DNA of 64,000 nt from the human T2T-CHM13v2.0 reference genome, Homo sapiens: positions 28,096,001 through 28,160,000 of the forward strand of contig CP068257.2 in assembly GCA_009914755.4 (NCBI GenBank), read 5' to 3'. A program made the translations under genes and the position numbers. This document shows, piece by piece, positions 58,357-64,000 of the stretch. Position 1 is the first letter of the stretch. Each line of letters begins with the position of its first letter. Below the pieces are notes generated by a model. The model made no database searches. It was given only the letters and a program-made list of their open reading frames with translations, and had not been told where the DNA came from.

Positions 58357-58868
58357 CAATGGTCCCCAGCCCTTTTGGCACCAGGGACTAGTTTTGTGGA
58401 AGATAATTTTTGCATGGACCAAGGAGAGTGGGGAATGGTTTCAGGATGATTCAAGTGCATTACATTTATTGTGCACTTTATTTCTATTATTATTACGTTG
58501 TAATATATCATGAAATAATTACGCAGCTTACCATAATGCAGAAATCAGTGAAAGCCTTGAGCTTGTTTTCCTGCAACTAGACAGTCTCATCTGGGGGTGA
58601 TGGGAGACAGTGACAGATCATCAGGCAGTAGATTCTTACAGGAGCCTGTAGCCTAGATCCCTCACATGCACAATTCATAATAGGGTTCACACTCTTATGA
58701 GAATCTAATCCCGCTGCTGATCTAACAGGAGGCAGAGCTCAGGTGGTAATGTGAGAATGGGGAGTGGCTGTAATACAGATGAAGTTTCACTCACTCACTC
58801 ACGGCTCCCCTGCTGGTGTGTGGCCCAGTTCCTAACAGGCCACATGGCCCATTGGTTGGGGACCTCTG
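58357..58868 (+). mobile_element. Palindrome-centred hAT-like non-autonomous DNA element (MITE), copy 2 (longer), flanked by 8-bp TSD ttatagac/ttacagac
   Basis: caatggtccccagcccttttggcaccagggactagttttgtggaagataatttttgcatggaccaaggagagtgggg ... cacaattcataatagggttcacactcttatgagaatctaatcccgctgctgatctaacaggaggcagagctcaggtggtaatg ... cccagttcctaacaggccacatggcccattggttggggacctctg. TIRs ggtcccca.cc / ggttggggacc. ttatagac at 58349-58356 and ttacagac at 58869-58876 (7/8). ~165 bp of extra internal sequence relative to the 39.2-kb copy. Confidence 0.75.
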
Positions 58869-59889
58869 TTACAGACCACTGAAAATAATGGGTTTACTTC
58901 AAATGAACTGGAAAGCCATTGGAAGTGGCTATGTTAAACCTTACCTGAGACCTGTGCTCCTTAATATCAGCAATGATGAAAGAAATCCCTGTACTCTTTG
59001 TCTTATTAGAAATGGCTTACTGCAAGAACCACCCTTCCCCATATGACTTAGATAAGGGTTGGGAATGACTTCCTTGTTTACCTAGGGCAAGGCCAGATGC
59101 AGACCTTCCAAATTCCCATTCTTTGTCTCATACACGATTAGCTGAACTATTGGTCCCCACTGACCAATCAGAACAAAATGCTTGTTAATTTGACTTAACC
59201 AAACTTCAATTAAGTTTCACTCTTCACCACAGGACCCTGAAATTGACTCACTTCTTAGGTTAAGCAAGTATTGGAGTCATAATAATCCCTCCTGAAAATC
59301 ATCTACAAAGAAAGATGTCTCCTGTTTAACTGTCCGATCAAGCCATCTGCTCTCCCCACTCCCCCATACCTGGCTCCTTCCAGGTTGGCTTACTCCTTTC
59401 TGTAAAAGAAAAGCTCTTTTCTGCCTGACCTTTGAATTGCTTTCATACCTCACGGAGTAAGCATTTTCCCTATTGCAATAGTACCCCTTCCCTTATCGCA
59501 GTAACCCTGTTATTGCAAAAGTCCTTTCAAATAAAGTCTCTATTTTCTTAAGTCCAGATTTGTTTTTTATTTGCTACAGGTTTTGAATGTAGGAGAGATA
59601 TGGATAATGGAGTTTATGAATAAAGGCTTTGGGTTGATTGCTGCATGGAGAAAAGCAGTAGAAACCTGTAGAGAAACAAGAAAGGTAATGGGGAAACCAG
59701 TGTTTATTTCCGTGTTGTGAACTTTAAAAGGGTATTTGTAAAATGCCTATAAAGTTTTAGTAAGAATTGATCATGCCCATAAGCTGTATTCAATGCTCAC
59801 AAATCAAATCTTTGTGAAGCTCATGAATAAATGAAGGTTGCTAGAGGGAAAGTTAAACTGAGTGACATGTTCACGTAAGTCTCCTTTAA

Positions 59890-60200
<311 letters not shown>

Positions 60201-60302
60201 AAGTCCCCTTTTATTATATTTGAGATACATATTACCAGTAAGAAGGCCCAATAAATGATACAGGTTAAGATGTTAATCATAATGAATGCCCAGTTTCGTA
60301 GT

Positions 60303-60637
<335 letters not shown>

Positions 60638-61959
60638 TGAATGTTTGGTTGGTGCCCCTTTTCTAAATCCTATTCCAGATTCTAGGATACCACAGTGAAT
60701 GAAGGCTCATTGCTTCACGGAATTTACATTCCAGGTGGGGTGATGGATTCTAAATAACAAATCAGTTTAAAAGAGGCACTGATGGTGGTGGGAAAAAAGT
60801 AAACAGGGTAATAGAAAGATGCTTGGGAAGGAGAGGGGGCCAACTTTAAATTGGGTGGTCTGAGTAGGTGACACTGATGCTGAGAAGTGGTTGGAACAGT
60901 TAGTGCAAAAGTCCTCAGAGACCAAGAGTTGGGCATCATCCAGGAACAGAAAGCAGATCACTGTGGCTGGATCTGAAGCTGGATCTGGAGTATGGTGTGA
61001 GCTCTGGTCAAAGAGAAATGCTGGACCAGAGCCCATGGGACTTCGCAAGATGTGGTAAGGGACGAGAAATTTATCCTCAGTGTGATGGAAAGCCAGACAA
61101 ATCTGTGATATACTGATGCTGGAGATATCTCCCGATTAGAATTGTCTTTTCCTGCATTCCCAGGAGAAGAGGAGGAAAAAAAAAGGAGGGAAAAGGGTTT
61201 GGGGGCACTGAAGCCTGGAGAAAGAACAGTGCTTTATAAGAGTGGAGTCGTTCCTGTGGTTTAGTACTATGATTGCTGTTGAGTTCCAGCAAGGACCCTT
61301 TGGATTCAGCTATCCACATACATGAAGCAGGGAGAGACAAAGAAGAAGAAGGAGAAGGGAAGTGGGGGGGGAATTTAAATAGTATAGTTTAGGTAGTTCA
61401 ATGGGCCTGAAATAGTCCACGCATGATGTTGAACTGTATGAAAAGCAAGCCTCAAGACTTTTACTGGATTCTCAGCCTTGGCAAAGAAGGAAAATTTATT
61501 CTTAAGGTGGGCAGGCAATTGGTCAATGATGGCTTTCTAATAGTCTAGTAAAAGCAGTTGAAAGCCCTAGAGAAATGCTGACTACTAAGGAGTTGGAGGG
61601 CCTGATAAAGGAGAGGATGGAGATTACTGTAGAGAGGAAGAACCAAGATGAAATTTGCATATATTTGTTGAAATATTTTAAGCAGAAAACTCTTAAATAA
61701 ACTAATTTCTGAATATGAGCTTTCTGTGGGCCTATGTATTCATGATACTATAAATATAACAAATATTTACACATGTATTGATGGAGAGGACTGCAGGTGC
61801 AAATAAGAATGTTTGCTTTATATGCTGATTTAACAACATAATTTTTGTACGTTAGAATTTTTGATAAAAAAGTGGGTTTTAGAGTTTAATGAAATACTTA
61901 CCATATCAATTTTGGAGTTTAACCCATTTGTAAATTGGAAACTGACTGTTATGTGTGTG

Positions 61960-62070
61960 TGTATATAGTATATATTAATAAATAGTATATATGTCTATGT
62001 ATTGTGTATATGTGTATATGTATGTGTATATGTATATGTGTGGATATATATACACACATATGTATATAGC
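61960..62070. repeat. (TA)n/(TG)n-rich compound low-complexity tract
   Basis: gtgtgtgtgtatatagtatatattaataaatagtatatatgtctatgtattgtgtatatgtgtatatgtatgtgtatatgtatatgtgtggatatatatacacacatatgtatatag. Confidence 0.9.
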
Positions 62071-63298
62071 TTAGATAAGTTCAGCTTTTGAATTTACTGG
62101 AATAAGAGGTGCTTTCCCTTTGTTCCATCTGTAAAAGAAGAAAAGGATCCCCATGGTTGCCATGATTATATGACACAGATGGAATTATGAATTCAGTGTT
62201 AGGAAAGTGCTCATGATTACCATTATTTGAAATGTCTTGTGGGTGAGGTGAGAAAATTACTTCCTGAAGGTGCATTTACTCTCTCAGGGCACTGGTTTGC
62301 CATTCCCATCGTTATGAGGTAATTTCCTGAAAGGCACAGACTTCTCAACATGAGAAATCCTAGAGCATTGTCAAAAGCAAGTTTCATCCCAAGTACGCAG
62401 TAGGCACTCCATAAATGTATGCTGAATGGACAAAATTTGAGCAGCTGGTGGTGATAATTATGATTTAACTACAACCAAAATGTCCACTATGGTTAATTAA
62501 ATATGCCTGCTCTGAAATATTTCCTTTGCTTTGCTCAGTGCAACATGATGCATGGAGTTCCGAAGGCATGGTGTGGACTCACTGCTAGGTGATGGTGCAA
62601 GTTGCAAGGTACACCTATTCCTATTCATGATGCGACTTAGTATGAAAGTGACAGTACAAACGTAAACAACCTCATTAGCAGCTCTTACCAAATGTAAATG
62701 TATAGCACGAAGAGTAATTGTTTTACTGGGGAAAGAAAGAATATCTGCTTTTTTATTTTTAATTAGCTTCCTCAGAATACGGGAAGAATAATTTCCACTT
62801 TTGTCTCAGTAGCACTTAGTGCAATCAAAACTATTTAATGTCACTATTTTCTACTACCCTGTGTCAATTAATGCACCTTCATTGCACGTGAGCAAATCTG
62901 ATCCTCTCCCTCATACGCAGGCTGTGAATGAAAGCTGGTTCATGTAAATGGCCCAGAAAAAAACATATTCAGGAGGAGGATGGAGGAAAATTCTTCTCTA
63001 ATATGCACACACACTACATTGTTGACTGGGACCTAGCATGCAAGGCAATATAGGGTGTCTACGAGACTAAGCCAGATAACATGAACATGAGGCTATTGCT
63101 TGTGGATATTCTTGATAGGAACATTTTTTTGTGTGTGTAATGTTTAGGGCCATAGCCTTGGACAACCCCGTGCATTAATCTCTCACAGTATAGTCCACAG
63201 GAATGTTGCTCCCCCAAGTCCCATAGTGCCTAGCTGCTTCCATATGTAACAGCCCTGCTACAAGTTATGGCTCTTGAGTATATTCAGTGGAGTGCATG

Positions 63299-63422
63299 CT
63301 CTCTCTCTCTCTTTGTCTCTCTCTCCCACCCCCTACCCTGCCCCTTCCCCTTTTCCTTTTCCCCTCTCTGCCTTTTCCTTCTCCTCCTCCTTCTCCCCCT
63401 TCCTGTTTATTCCTCTCTCTGT
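63299..63422. repeat. 124-bp near-pure polypyrimidine (CT-rich) tract
   Basis: ctctctctctctttgtctctctctcccaccccctaccctgccccttccccttttccttttcccctctctgccttttccttctcctcctccttctcccccttcctgtttattcctctctctg; ~96% C/T on the + strand. Confidence 0.95.
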
Positions 63423-64000
63423 TGGTTAAAGAGCATGGCAGAGAAAGACAGAAAGGAAAGCTGCCTTCCCCTACTAGAAGAGAAATATCCTAATAATGTG
63501 ACCATCACCGGCTAGCTAAATAATTCAGGTTAACTAGAAAGGGCTACTAGAAGACCAGCAAATTAGCTGAATTATAGAATAAGTTTGAAAATCATTGATT
63601 TCAAATAAATACATTAAATAAAGGCTCAGAAAATTTTGCTTATAGCGGTGCTCCACAGATTTGCTTTAAAAATGTATTTATAATTCACATGTAATTGTTT
63701 GTCTGCCAAGTGGGTGTGTTTTTAGGAAGCATTCCACGCACTTTGTTAACCTTCTTCACAAACTTTGCCCTCGTGGAAGACACAAAGGTCCATTTCAGCA
63801 TGGCTCTGTCCAAATTATGACAATTATTTTTTATAATAATGACATAAAGCTTGAAATGCAAATTTATGTACAAAATGTTTTAAAAAGACCTCATGAGAAT
63901 AAAAGGACTGTGTTTTCATAGTCCAACAACAAAAACCTGATTTTACTTCAAAAAGTGACCCCGATTAGTCATTTAATTTTACCAAAAATAGGATTTTGTT

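Overview
This window is primate (human-type) nuclear DNA, not a prokaryotic or viral locus. It is AT-rich and CpG-depleted, and about one third of it is recognisable interspersed repeats. I could place 25 Alu SINEs, several of them young: they are CpG-rich, have intact A-tails and clear target-site duplications (TSDs). Other elements I could place: an Hsmar2-like mariner transposon fossil with a decayed transposase ORF (~0.7-2.0 kb, minus strand); a solo HERV-H LTR7 (20.68-21.08 kb, minus strand) sitting inside an AT-rich palindromic low-complexity array; three THE1/MST-type (MaLR) solo LTRs; an L1 3' end; MIR and MER5/hAT-type fossils; and two copies of a palindrome-centred hAT-like non-autonomous element, one with a near-perfect 8-bp TSD. 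Many microsatellites are present: (TTTTC)n, (TG)n, (CCTY)n, (TTTA)n and a 124-bp polypyrimidine tract. I could support no protein-coding gene, rRNA, tRNA, CRISPR array or CpG island from the sequence. Nearly all ORFs in the supplied six-frame track are translations of Alu or other repeats, or short random ORFs. I found no exciting new system here. What stands out is a likely recent AluY insertion, inverted Alu pairs, the LTR7 (a known regulatory LTR family) in a palindromic context, hAT MITE copies with TSDs, a segmentally duplicated (TG)n module, and H-DNA-prone polypyrimidine tracts. All coordinates were counted by hand from the sequence and are approximate to a few bases.
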